A stretch of DNA of 63,784 nt, filler included, from Collodictyon triciliatum (taxonomy: Eukaryota): the NCBI GenBank assembly GCA_043381765.1. It is 6 parts of 6 records of this genome, joined end to end, with 100 filler letters (N's around TTAATTAATTAA, not from the genome) between each part and the next. Parts side by side here need not be neighbours in the genome. Positions count along the whole stretch, not along the records: positions 1 to 11,839 come from JBHJMP010002298.1; positions 11,940 to 23,778 come from JBHJMP010002299.1; 4 more parts are not named here. The stretch is one strand, 5' to 3'. This document shows, piece by piece, positions 1 through 12,429 of the stretch. The position numbers and the translations under genes are program-made. Position 1 is the stretch's first letter; every line of letters begins with the position of its first letter. Under the pieces are notes generated by a model, which was given only the letters and a program-made list of their open reading frames with translations, ran no database searches and was not told the DNA's origin.

Positions 1-97
1 ATACATACATACATACATACATACATACATACATACATACATACATACATACATACATACATACATACATACATACATACATACATACATACATACA
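1..97. repeat. (TACA)n microsatellite at segment start
   Basis: Perfect ATAC repeats from position 1. Confidence 0.97.
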
Positions 98-282
98 AAC
101 CTGGATTACCCCATGTAATTGATTCATTCCAACCATTAAGGGCGAGACTATTTTACGCGATGCAGGACCCAAGTGAGGTGAAATTTTTAACAATAATCTA
201 TTAAAGCTAATGAATTTTCTACGGAACTATTTTATTCGCCTTGGTGCTATGTTCTAATCATCCACGTCATAAAAATGAACAG

Positions 283-1387
283 GAGGTTCAACTGATGAAC
301 AATATGAAAATTAAACAATACTACAACCGCCTCAACTTATTTCTTGTTGGAGTTCAGGTGAGCCCAGTCTTGGTGAATTTGTGATTATTTTGTTTTCCGG
401 TCTCTTGTCTATTATAAAGTTCAAAAGTATTACGTACATAGATTTGCTTCGTTGGACTCTTTTTGTCAGTTTTCAAAGATGACGAACAATACTACACTAT
501 TCTTCTCGGTAATTACTAAAATTTAAAATGTGCAGTTTCACTCATTCTATTCTTTATACCAAGTACCAAATATGGTTATATGCAATATATTTGCACTCAT
601 ATTAATTGACTACCATCCCAAGCGAATATAATCTTTCTGGCCACCTTGATGATTATGTGGGCTATTGGATTCGCTTGGGTCGGTCTTCTTCTCTACAATA
701 ATATGAAAGTTGTTGCCGCAAGTACATTCCTCCGAAGCCGTCAATTGGTTCTTCGCAGATTACGCAAAGTAAAGCAACTGCAATTCCAAATTCCAAAACT
801 ATGATATCGATTACGATAGAGTTCCCTGCTATGACATTCAACCTTTCCTTTGTATATACACTCAATTGCGCACATTTACACCAGGTCTCCATCATCACTG
901 GAATATGCACTCTCTGCTTTATGTTTCGTGCTGTCATAACTCTCCTATACGTGAGTGAGTCCGAACTAATGAAACTCCCAGACAAGGACATGTCTGCTAT
1001 GTTATACTGCACAATGTAACTATTGTCTATTCATCCACATATCTATTTGATGGGTTTATTTTCTCTCTGCACAGGAACACATCATCACACCGCAATTAAC
1101 CACATCAATTTATAACCATTTTAATCATAATTTTATCCGATTAAGAAATCAAATTGCTGTGATAGCATTTTTTTTTTCTTCTTCTCTCTCATTTTCTCAT
1201 TCTTTTCAATCTAATCTCTATCACTCTCCTCCCCTCTCACTACAGATACTTCACCGGAGAAATCATTCCTTTCCTCCTTGTTCTGACTCATGGAAGTCCT
1301 GTGTACTTTTCATGCTTCGGAGAGAAGCCAGAATATCTCGACGCCGACGACCACCACCCATCACCTGCCTTCATCACCCAAAACTAA
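283..1387 (+). CDS. THH1/TOM1/TOM3 (GPR137-like) multi-pass membrane protein, 5' part missing, multi-exon
   Basis: Spliced exons read ANIIFLATLMIMWAIGFAWVGLLLYNNMK...RRLRK|VSIITGICTLCFMFRAV...|YFTGEIIPFLLVL. These match the last three TM helices of the TOM1/GPR137 family. Stop TAA at 1385-1387. Confidence 0.7.
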
Positions 1388-1478
1388 CGCGACAAAACAA
1401 CCATAAAACAAAAACAAAAACAAAAACAAAAACAAAAACAAACAAAAACAGAGGCAAAAGACCAAACCAACTCCCGCA

Positions 1479-4187
1479 ATGAACCCGAGCAACAGCCTGG
1501 AAAGCGTCCAGAAAGTCAGGGCCACTGCAGACTGTGTCCTGCGCATCTCAGCCTGGCTTCAGCAGCGGCTGCCGGACGAACCTGCCGCAACACACGTCCA
1601 AACAGACAACCTCCTCTCGCGGCTCTTCTGGGCCGGCGCAGCAAAGCACAATCCCGGCGCACGAGAACGGCCGCAGTCCGGAAACACAGGAAGCGAGTCT
1701 CTCGCCCGCCTGGAACAGGCCATGGCCTCGGCCGACGCGCTTGGCAACGAAGCCGGCTGGTTTGTGCGGGCTGCTTTGCTTGCCGAGACCGACTGCGAGG
1801 CTGATTCTCCGCGCGTGCGCAGAGCCGACTCGCAGCAAGCGCTCCCCACCGCACCTTTGCCCTGCGTGGTTTTGCAGTCGCCCAGGCAGCTGCGTCGCCC
1901 GCACGAGTCTGCTCTGCGCTTTGCAGAGACTCTGCGCCTGGTGCGGCATCCAAACATCTGTGCCGTGTGGGCTCTGCAGACTTCGCTTGCGGGCGAGGCC
2001 GAGTGCGCGATGGTGGCTGCGCAGTCTCTGCGCGCGAGCGGCCTGCGCGCCTGCTTTGCGGACGGGAAAGGCCCGGACTCGCAGGCCGTTGCTCGGCTGT
2101 GTCTCGGGCTTGTGGACGGGGTTGCGTGTCTCGCGCGTCTCTTTGAGGGCGGGCAGATGAGTCTGCCTCCATCGTGCCCGTCGCCTGACTCGGTCGTGCT
2201 GCAGGGCGGGCTCTGCAAGATTGCCGATGCGGCTTTGGGCTCGTGCTGCCACATGCTGGGCCGGCCCTGCCTCACGGGCCTGCAGGCTGGTGAGTGGCCC
2301 GTGCATTGCTGCGACGAGGCCTTGCTGGCGAGTCCGACTCAGCCCCTGCTTTCCGGCCCTGTCCTGCTCAGGCTGCTTGCGTATTCGGTGGCGCGCCTTG
2401 TGATGGCTGTTCTGCGCGCAGCCTCTGCTTTCCTTGTCGGCGCAGACTCTCTCCATGGCGACATGCTGCGCGTTTGTGCGGCGAGTTTGGAGGACAGACC
2501 CGGGCTGGAGTTTGTTCGCTCGTCGCTGAGTCGCTGGCTGAGGGCCCAGGAGGAAGGCGAGTAAGTCCTTGTTGTCCAATGCATCCCGTTTTATTGTCTA
2601 TCCTCTCATCCATTGGTTACATGTTCACGAAACAAAGAACAAAACAAAGAAACAAAAAAAACCAACAAACCAACAAACAAACAAACAGAACAAACAGAAC
2701 AAACAAACAGAACAAACAAACAAACAAACAGAACAAACAGAACAAACAGAACAAACAGAACAAACAGAACAAACAGAACAAACAGAACAAACAGAACAAA
2801 CAGAACAAACAGAACAAACAGAACAAACAATCAGTGTGATGGTCTTTATCACGTCTTTTCTATGGATGAGTGTGGCATATAGGTACTGATTTGCATATGA
2901 TGTAGGGCGTATCCAAACGTGTCGGTGGGCGCCGCCACCAACGAGAACAGAATACACAGACCGGCAGAGGAACGTATTTCGAATGAGGTCAGCCAGATCC
3001 GCATGCAGGCGGCAAGAATCGAGTCTAAGCTTTCTCAGCTGCAACATCTGTTTATGCCCATCCCGGCTGCATATCCCCTCGTGGCCAGCGGAGGTGGCGA
3101 TGCCGCCATTCGATTGTGGAGTCCCATCGCAAAAGAGGCCGACGATTTGGCCGACCACAGCCCCTTCAGCGACACACACTGCCACGGAATCCTCAAAGAC
3201 ACCGAGACAAGCGGAGGCTCGATACTTGGGCTATGCAGAGCCGGCCCGGACCTGCTCGTCTCATGCGGCGATGACCGGCGCATTCGTGTGTGGGAAAGGC
3301 GAAAAGACGACCAGAAACCAAAGCAGCAGCCCGACAATCAGAGCGAGTCGAACCCTACGAGCTGCAGCCCGGCGCTGGAGTCCAGCATGCCGATGCAAGT
3401 GCGCCACAGAATGGACGGACACACAGGGTTTGTCAACAGCGTCGCCAGCATCGGACGAAAGAAAGCAGAATATCTCGTGGCCAGCGGCGCCGACGACGGC
3501 ACCATCAAGATCTGGGACGCGGGAAATGGGCGGCTGATTCAAAGTCTGGATGAAGGCGGAAATGGGGCGGTCCTCTCGGTCTGCAACGCCATGGACGGGG
3601 ACTCGCTGGTCGCAGCCGCAGGGTCATGCATCGGCTTATGGGACGTGGAGACGGGCCAGAGCAGAGTCCGTCTGCGCGGACACACAGGAGATGTCTACGG
3701 CGTGTGTGCGCTTCCCAGCGGAGCACTATCGCAATCGCTCGGCGCAGCAAACAGTGGACTCATCACAGACACCAACGTGGACCTGTGTTCTCTTCGTCTG
3801 GTGGCCTCGTGCAGTGGGGAGCCGTGCGGAGCAGATAACACAGTCCGGGTGTGGGACGTTGCATCGGGGCGCTCTGTAATCATCCTGCGTGGGCATGCGA
3901 GTTGGGTCTGCTGTGTTACGCATCTGGGCGAACACAGGATTGCCTCTGCAGGGTATGACAAGGTTCTTCGCTTATGGGATTTGCGCAAGACATCCGCCCC
4001 GCTGGCCAATCTCCACGGACACACCGGCTGGATTCACGCGCTCATGCCTTATTCTTGGGCCGGTCGTGCGTGGCTCGTCTCTGCTGCTCGGGACCATACC
4101 GTTCGCTTGTGGGATGCTGAATCGCAAACGCCTTTGGCCATATGGCGAGGCCATTCCCGCACCGTTCATGCGCTTACTGGGCTGTGA
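1479..4187 (+). CDS. Protein-kinase-like (probable pseudokinase) + coiled-coil + WD40 repeat protein, two exons (1479-2560, 2906-4187), 787 aa
   Basis: The first ORF's stop lies inside a perfect GTAAGT donor at 2561. The AG at 2904-2905, preceded by TACTGAT, joins it in frame to the WD40 ORF. Kinase remnants: LVRHPNICAV and CKIADAAL. Several GH...WD repeats. Confidence 0.8.
2629..2830. repeat. Intronic (AACAGAACA)n / (AAAC)n microsatellite
   Basis: Direct reading of the sequence. Confidence 0.95.
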
Positions 4188-4543
4188 TGGATGGGCGGTT
4201 GCTTCGGTGATTGTACAGCGCTCGCCTGATAAAAGATTTCATGGCGGGGATATGGCATATCTGTAATATGCGCGTTTCAATAGTTCTATGGTGTAATTCT
4301 TCTCTATATATCTATATCTCTTCCATTTGGCGGTTCATACGCATGTTGATTATTATTTTTTTTTTGGTATTTTTTGAAAGTGATTTTATTTTTGGTACTA
4401 TAGAGGGTTCTTGGTTTTGATAATACAGCCTTTGTGCCTTTTTATTTTCATAATCATTATTATTATATTTCTGTGGTTTTGCGCACAAAACTTTATCAGA
4501 CTTTTTCAAGTAGGTGTTTGTTCTTTCCCATTGTTTTGCGGCA

Positions 4544-7500
4544 TCAAAAAGAAAAAGTTTCCCCGTCTGGTGTTTTGTAAATACCCAATGCACACTCATC
4601 GTCTTCCCAGACACCTTCCAGTATAGAGCCGTCTGTGTTCAATTGCTTTCCTTCGCCATGGCGTTTACCAAGCAACCAGTGCCCTGAAAGGATGAGGATT
4701 ATTTGCACTGAATCTGCTGATACAACCCCAGAATTCGATTTTATCTTACATATATTTTCGTTTTCGTCGCTTTGTTCATCAAATTGCAATTTTGGTCACG
4801 TAGATACCATAGAACGAAAAATGATACAGACACAAATAGTGTGGTTTTACCTTCGTATGACGAGCATTTACCATCAGGTGCATGCTTAATCATAGTCCCA
4901 AACCCATGCATTTTGTTTGATTCCCTAGAATTTCCCATATCATGAGTTCTTGAATAATGAGTGAGAAAAACAACAACAATAAAAATAATAATGACAACAA
5001 CAACAAATACTAATACTAATACTAATAATAATTGAATATGCATCAAATAAAACGATTTTTCAGCATCTAAAGCCATAACCACCAATCTCCTTCATAAAAA
5101 GATCTGTTGCTCCATGTGAATTTCCCTTTTCCGTGGTAAACTCCACACTTCCAATCACCCTCGTAAATCGAACCATCATGGAATATCTTCATTCCACTTC
5201 CGTCTAATCTGTCATTGACAAAGTTGCCTTCCAAGACTGTGCCGTCATGCAATATGAATTTTCCTGTAATCAGAGATTCCTCAACAGATATTCATTCACA
5301 AATACTGGATAATAAACATTGCTTGTGTGCTGTTCACTTGTAATTTTTCCTAAAATAAGAAAAAGAGAAAGAAATGGAAAGGAGGATATGAACAAATATT
5401 TTATATTCTGCGTATTGCAACGTGCCTTTCCCATGAATGTGATTTGCTTTCCATTGGCCTTCATAGGATGCTCCATTTATCCAGACATATTTTCCACTTC
5501 CATGCATCTGCCCACTTTTCCAGTTTCCTATACGTTACATGCATTTGATAAAATATCGTGTGTATTATAAAACAAAAAAAAATTGGAATTTAATATGGCC
5601 GATACAACAGAAACAAAACAGAAACAAAACAGAAACAAAACAGAAACAAAACAGAAACAAAACAGAAACAAAACAGAAACAAAACAGAAACAAAACAGAA
5701 ACAAAACAAGTGGGAGTAAAGAAGAACAGAAAAAGAATGGGGCTTACCTTCATATTTTCCACCTTCAGATATTTTCAGATTTCCTATGAGCAAGCTACCT
5801 GCTTTACCCGTCTCCTATTTTTTGATTCAATAATCTGTAATATTTAAATATTTTTGAAACCATATATTAAAAGAAAAGGAAGATACATTTGATGCCGCCA
5901 GGGATGGCTGTGATTCATTAAATTCTGGCCAAGTATATGAACCTATCCCTTCGATTCTGTCATTTGACCATGAACCTATATACACCCTGCGGTTCAACCA
6001 GACCGGATAGACGTATTGAAATCAATTCAGTAGTTCATAATTGCATGGAAATAAAAAAAGGAAATACAAATCACACGTTATGAAGCAATTTCCTCCTGTT
6101 TTTTTCTCTTGCTTGCTGAAATGTTTCTAATGAACAAAGTCAATATATCTACCGGCCATCGTCCCATGTGTATATTCCCCATCCATGCTTCTGAGTATTC
6201 AGCCATGTTCCTTCGTATACTCCATTTGCTTCAGGATGTTCAGCTCCATGTAGCATTTCTTTTTTGTAGACCAACTCGGGGTTCTTTTTTAGTGCAGTAT
6301 ATATTCTAGAGTCCAATCCTCGTGGTACCTTATGCTACGATTAAGCAACAAAACTATAAGCCATTGCGTGTGAGCGTTCTCTGAATGGAAAAAGATAATA
6401 TCATTCAAGTAGAGATATAAGCATAAGGTAAGTACGGTTATTCGTGATTCAAGAAGGATATGACAGCAAAATGTAAACTATCCACCATGCATATTTTTTT
6501 GTAGAATATATTCAATGATGTCATTCTGCACTTTGAATCGAATAGAGGAAAAAAAATGCTGTCATTCTGTAGAAAGTAACCTGACTCATGAACTCTTCAT
6601 TTAAACTCGTGTTTGATTGGTTAAGCATATCTAATTGAACTACTTCTTCGGCTGGCGTGGATACTTTGACAAACTTGAAAGCTTTTGAATGCACAGATTC
6701 TATCGATGTGGGTTCTATGAATAAAAAAATGTCTTTGAAAGGAGATTTATCTAATTGAAAGAAAGTTGTTTATTATTCTACATCGAAATAAATGAGTCAA
6801 TATGTTTTAAATTAAAGAATAAAATTTTTATTGCATAATAAACACACACACAAAAAAAAACCTAAGTCCTCATTTACGACCTCCTCGATTAATTTCGATT
6901 GCTGTAAGTTTGGCTCATGAGTTGGATTCTTATTGGAATCTGCACGGCCAGTTATTTCATTCGAAGTGCCGCGCTCAGCTCCGATGATTAATTCTGATTT
7001 CCTACTACCAAGAGAAAGCGAAATACTCTCATAATTCCCTTCAAAAATGGCATCAGAAGAAGCTGCTGCAGTTGAATCATGATTGCTGTGACTGGATAAT
7101 TCGTGATGTACTTGGCTGTCTGTACCATCTAAAAATGATGCATCCCCCTATTTTGCGGATGATTGGGCTCATATGATACTATTTTGGTCTCTCCATCACG
7201 TGATATAATAATATATTTTACAAGTGCTTAATAGTGAGTGTTCATTTTTTATAAGAAAACACGGTTAGAATTGAAGTACTTTGAAAGAATTCAAAGAATT
7301 AGGATAGTATGTCTCTGCGAGTAGTACAACCGAGCCAATCAGCGATTGATTTGAATCTCGAAAGGTAAACCTTTACAAATATATTGTGGAGTTCAAAGAA
7401 AAATAATGAGCTGTGGTAGAATAAAAACAAGGGTTGAGTTTCTATACTCAAGATATATGAAGTTCTACAAAAGGAATTTGAGTGATTCGAATATCACCTG

Positions 7501-8052
7501 TGTTTCAGGGAATTTTTAATGTTGACTTTGAATGAAAAGTCTTCTTCATCACATGAATATATGCCCACATCACCATCTTGATTTTCGATGAGCTTCCGAA
7601 TAGAACCACAATCAAGGATTTTTGAAGGAAATAGTCATATTAATCATTATGAATCTTCTTTAATTATATTAATTCAATAAATAACATGCTGTGAAAATAT
7701 AACAGAATGTCGCACAAAATTAATCTGTAGGCATGTATCATCCATACTGAAATGTGAAAATTTAACATCATAAACATCCAGGACCAAAACACATGATGGT
7801 AAAAGTGATAAGCATCATATTCATATCAAGATTTATGCAATGTTCAACACAACATAAAGTTTTTTTTTAATAGCCTTAGGCCTTTGTTTTGAAATAGATG
7901 AAAGGCAGATGCCACCATTTAAGAATACTCACCAATACAATGATATAAATGTTGTCTGGACTGCACTCTTGCTCCAGAACCGGGTGCAGTGTTTTCGTAT
8001 CAAATAATGCTATGTTTGATAAGTCACTTTCGCCGGCGCTTATCTGAGTCAT
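4544..8052 (-). CDS. MORN repeat-containing protein with uncharacterised N-terminal region, multi-exon
   Basis: Exons give 23-aa MORN repeats (YEGQWKANHIHGKG KFILHDGTVLEGNFVNDRLDG...IYEGDWKCGVYHGKG). Putative ATG at 8052; linkage of the upstream exons is less certain. Confidence 0.75.
5605..5709. repeat. 11-bp tandem repeat (ACAGAAACAAA)n in an intron
   Basis: Direct reading of the sequence. Confidence 0.9.
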
Positions 8053-8944
8053 TTTGTGCCGATGCAGACGCCAAAAAATAAAATAAATAAGAGTAAGTAA
8101 AAAGTCACGAAGTAGGTCAGAAAAAAATGACAGATAGTTTCGATAATATGAGAAGGCATTATGGGTGTTGACTTCAGTGTGGGGCGTGAATAATTCTGAA
8201 AAAGAAGAAAAGAAGAAAAGAAGAAAAGAAGAAAAGAAGAAAAGAAGAAAAGAAGAAAAGTCAAAATGTTTACAAAGAGGAAAGAAGTCAAGAGGAATAA
8301 TAGTACCAAAATCGAAGTGAAGTTTTTCTTGAAGCGCTCGTCAATCGCCTCTTCAATTATGCTGAAACGAACGTGCATTTATTCTTTCTTCACCTATCTC
8401 CTAATATCCAAGAATCCTTAACCCAGGATAATATAAGTGTTGACTGTGGAGAATCACTAAAGCCCAGTCGAACAAGAAAGCGTCTTATCAATTTAGATCA
8501 AATAAACAAAAAAGAAAGAAAAGAGGAGCAAAAATTAATGAAAACCCCAAAAAAGAACATTGGATGAATAGAAAAGAAAAGAAAAAAGAACAAAGAGAAA
8601 AAAAACAAAAATGAATAAGAAAAAGAAAAAAGAAGAAAAAAGAAAAATAAATAAGAAAAAGAAAAGGAAAAAAGAAAAAAAAGTATGATACCATACTAAA
8701 GTTATCGCATAACGTTATCTTTATTAGGGCGCTGATAGCTCCAAATTAGGTGAAGGTGAAGAAAAGAAAAAGAAAAAAAGAAAAGAAAAAAAAGAAGAAA
8801 AAGAAGAAAAAAGAAAAAAGCAAAGGAAAAGCAAAGAAAAAGCAAAGAAAAAGCAAAGAAAAAGCAAAGAAAAAGCAAAGAAAAAGCAAAGAAAAAGCAA
8901 ATAAAAAGCAAAGAAAAAGAAAAAGGCATTATCATATCTATGTG

Positions 8945-11236
8945 CTAATCATCTTCCCAGCGAAACGAATAGACGATTCCGAGAGGCTCTTCATGGGCAG
9001 GATTTGCACCCAGCCTACTCGCAGAAATCAGAAACAGATTATCGTGCAAAGCCAACGACTGCCCAAAGGCCACGTACCCAGGCGTACTCGATTGCGCCGG
9101 GGAAATGGCGGAGCCAAACTTCCATGCCTCATCATCGGAAGATAATTTGAACGTGACAACAGGCCCGTCTCCTCTTGTCTCTGGCGTATTTAAGTCCTTC
9201 TCAGAGTCTGTAGCATCACTCCGACATCTGTACAAATTGTCCTCAGATATCTGGCAAGTTATTTCTGAACCAGCAGTTTCTTCATCTCCTTTGCTATTAT
9301 CACCATTATCACCATCATCGTCATCATCATCATCGTCGTCGTCATCCTCCTCCTCTTTATTGTAGTTTTCATGGTATTTGTCATCCAGTTGGTAATATAC
9401 GTCAGAAGGGCACGTAGAAACAACTAACTTCCCCCCGTGGATGGACATGGAGCAACCGAAATGCAGCCAAACGGACCGAGCAGGGAATCTTCTACTCCCC
9501 GGGTGGCCATCCATACCAAAGTTGAGCTGGATTGAGATGTTTTCAAGAGCTGTACTTGGTGGGTTTATGACTTGAGTCAGTGACATGGATGAGTCCGCCG
9601 GACGAACCTTGTATACTTGAATTTCACCGTGTCCACTTGGATACGCAATCATGAGCCAACGCCCATCGTTATCTGCGCCCAGAACAAGCCTCTCTTCTCC
9701 TGCATCGGCCTTTGAACTCGAAGGTGGGCTTTTCATTTCATCGGTGCGGGAACAGTCCAGCACCTGCGACACAGACCATTCATTTTGAACCCTATAGACA
9801 ATAACACGGTTTGGGTTGTGGATGGCCACTGCTATCCATTTCTTTGCACCAGCCATCGCATATCCAAATCTAGGACTGATTGAACTTTCACTACTTGATG
9901 TCTCCGCTTCCCTTTCGTGTCTGCTCTCCGCCGAGCTCTTTGGGGCGTTGATGGATGGATGTAATTTGATTGGGGTTTTCGGAAACCGTGGTTCTTGAGC
10001 AGCTTTTCCTTTAAAAATAAAGACAGCCCCGTTTCCTTTGTTATGTGATGGTGCTGATATCACCAAGACAGGCATCTGGTTCTCCTCTGGTGTGATAAAA
10101 ACCATAGCAGCCCCAAAGTCTCTATCTGGAGGGGACTGCCGTGACCTCAGCCCTTCGACCTTTCTCCAAAAACCAAGTGTGCTATCGCTCCCACCTGCAT
10201 TGAGTGCCTTCATCAACTTTCCGTGCTGCTCGTCGATTTTACTAACAACGGAAACATTCTTTCGAAAAGAGATAGAGTCTTCATTCTCATCATTCCCTTC
10301 ACCAACATCTGAACCTCCTTTTCCTTGTGACTTACAAACAGCGTGCTTCATACTCAGCGGATTTCCAAGAAGATCAAGTCTTTCCTGTGCTTGGTTCTTT
10401 TCATCCACTAAAATATGCTGCTCTCTGCCCGCATCTGCCTCCAATATACGCGAGAGCCTTGAGTTCTGGTTGGACAAATGATAGACGTGCACCAATCCGC
10501 GAGTAGAGGATTCATACATGGCATGGTCCGACACAACCACAAGCCACTTCTCATCTTCAGATATGCGCAATTGCGACCCAAACTGAGCCTTCCTGTGCCG
10601 ACCAGGATTCGAAAAGACTGTGTGCAGTTGAGGCGGATTTTCACGCGACTCTGTAAATGAGCGCATATATAAATAAACTCGGCCTCCGAGACATCGGGAT
10701 GGGGCGGATGAACACCCTGGCTGAGAAATCGCAATCCATGAGCGACTGAGTGCGACTTTGTGCCCGAGAAATCGACCAGAGACAGAGGACATGGACGAGT
10801 CTTTAAAGCCATCGGTCTTTGGCAGACTCTGTGCGTCTGATTCGGTTTGTGAAAGTCCGCGCGTGTTTTGGTCTTCCACTCGATTTGGCTGCACGTCACC
10901 TGCAATCAAGTGTTTTGTCGGGCGCTCGTAAAGGTCCAGATAGAGTGCCTCTGTTTGGGTGGGTTTGTCGTGTGCCTTTCGCAGTGGCTCGGGCTCTTTG
11001 CCTGGGGCGACGTTTTCTGGTTGGATTCGTGGGCTCAAGTTGGCGCGGACGGGTTCACCGTTGCGATGTTTGAGGATCGTGTCTTTCGTTGGAGGGAGAA
11101 ACTCAAAGTCTAAGGTGATGTTTGTCCACGATGAAGGCACGAGGGAGAGGAGGACAAGTCCCACAAGGACAGTCTGTTGGGCTCCGCAGGTTTGCTGGCG
11201 TCTTGTGCAAAAACATGTTCTTCTTTTTGTTGGCAT
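8945..11236 (-). CDS. Secreted or N-anchored FG-GAP-type seven-bladed beta-propeller protein, intronless, 763 aa
   Basis: Hydrophobic segment VLVGLVLLSLVP. About 7 FG...(G)xVY blades, e.g. DFGAAMVF..VLVISAPSHNKGNGAVFIF and AFGQSLALHDNLFLISA..GIVYSF. Confidence 0.75.
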   Translation of the reverse strand: MPTKRRTCFCTRRQQTCGAQQTVLVGLVLLSLVPSSWTNITLDFEFLPPTKDTILKHRNGEPVRANLSPRIQPENVAPGKEPEPLRKAHDKPTQTEALYLDLYERPTKHLIAGDVQPNRVEDQNTRGLSQTESDAQSLPKTDGFKDSSMSSVSGRFLGHKVALSRSWIAISQPGCSSAPSRCLGGRVYLYMRSFTESRENPPQLHTVFSNPGRHRKAQFGSQLRISEDEKWLVVVSDHAMYESSTRGLVHVYHLSNQNSRLSRILEADAGREQHILVDEKNQAQERLDLLGNPLSMKHAVCKSQGKGGSDVGEGNDENEDSISFRKNVSVVSKIDEQHGKLMKALNAGGSDSTLGFWRKVEGLRSRQSPPDRDFGAAMVFITPEENQMPVLVISAPSHNKGNGAVFIFKGKAAQEPRFPKTPIKLHPSINAPKSSAESRHEREAETSSSESSISPRFGYAMAGAKKWIAVAIHNPNRVIVYRVQNEWSVSQVLDCSRTDEMKSPPSSSKADAGEERLVLGADNDGRWLMIAYPSGHGEIQVYKVRPADSSMSLTQVINPPSTALENISIQLNFGMDGHPGSRRFPARSVWLHFGCSMSIHGGKLVVSTCPSDVYYQLDDKYHENYNKEEEDDDDDDDDDDDGDNGDNSKGDEETAGSEITCQISEDNLYRCRSDATDSEKDLNTPETRGDGPVVTFKLSSDDEAWKFGSAISPAQSSTPGYVAFGQSLALHDNLFLISASRLGANPAHEEPLGIVYSFRWEDD

Positions 11237-11839
11237 TCCTGGTAGTTGGTGAGAGATGTTCTAGGTCTTTGCTTCTTGCTTTATTTTATGTTCTTTTTTG
11301 TGGTGTTTTTGTTGCTTTGCTTTGTTTTTGTTTTTGTTTTTGTTTTTGTTTTTGTTTTTGTTTTTGTTTTTGTTTTTGTTTTTGTTGTTTTTGTTTTTTT
11401 CGTTATTTTTGTTTTGTTTTATTTTGGAGTTCGTGAGCCGCGATCTGCCGAGATGCGTCACAAGCCTAAGACCTTTCAGAGTTGAATTAGGATTGCTCAT
11501 TCCTTGTTAATAAGCACTTTATTATGCATAGATTTAAAAATGTATCAGTTTTAGTCAGAGAAATCTGTATTTAATCTAATAATAAGGTATATCTATATTT
11601 TCCATATATATTCTACTGTAGACTTCCTAGAACTGGAATTTGTTTTTGTCTGGCAACAGACAGTTTTTGCACGGATCTGTCTTTAAATAAAAAAATATAA
11701 GCAGAGCAGTAAGACAGAGAAAAGTAAAAAGACAAAGAAAAGTAAAAAGAAAAAGAAAAAGAAAAAGAAAAAGAAAAAGAAAAAGAAAAAGAAAAAGAAA
11801 AAGAAAAAGAAAAAGAAAAAGAAAAAGAAAAAGAAAAAG

Positions 11840-11939
11840 NNNNNNNNNNNNNNNNNNNNNNNNNNNNNNNNNNNNNNNNNNNNTTAATTAATTAANNNNN
11901 NNNNNNNNNNNNNNNNNNNNNNNNNNNNNNNNNNNNNNN
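11840..11939. other. Assembly linker (44N + TTAATTAATTAA + 44N), flanked by (GAAAAA)n and (AAAAC)n microsatellites
   Basis: All-frame stop linker repeated five times in the window. Confidence 0.97.
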
Positions 11940-12429
11940 AACAAAACAAAACAAAACAAAACAAAACAAAACAAAACAAAACAAAACAAAACAAAACAAA
12001 ACAAAACAAAACAAAACAAAACAAAACAAAACAAAACAAAACAAAACAAAACAAAACAAATATAAATGTGAGTGAAGATAAATGGATAAGCACTACACAA
12101 CCAGCCTTCCTTCCTTTCGAACAACTGAAACAAAGACTGCTTCGCCAGTTCCGAAACCTTGAGATAATTGCAACCACCTTTCGCTATCCCTCGACCACAA
12201 CCACGTTCTTTAGCAGTCCCACAAGACGGACTTTGCAGGTTTCCGCGCCGCAGTTACCGAATCGATAAAGCCGAAACAAACCTCCCACAAAGAATCAGCG
12301 TGCAAGTGTGGAAGATGCTATGAACACGCCGCTATACTTACTTTATTGCCTGGTAGAGATATTGCCCCGCAACTTCGTCTCCTGCGCCGCCCTCCAGAAA
12401 AAAAAAGTAAATAAGACGCTTTAAAGAAG

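Noticed and set aside
8945-11236. True integrin alpha subunit
   Set aside because: No leg domains, C-terminal TM or GFFKR motif.
11884-11895. TTAATTAATTAA as a piggyBac target or recurring regulatory motif every ~11.9 kb
   Set aside because: It is always embedded in N runs and is an artificial all-frame stop linker.
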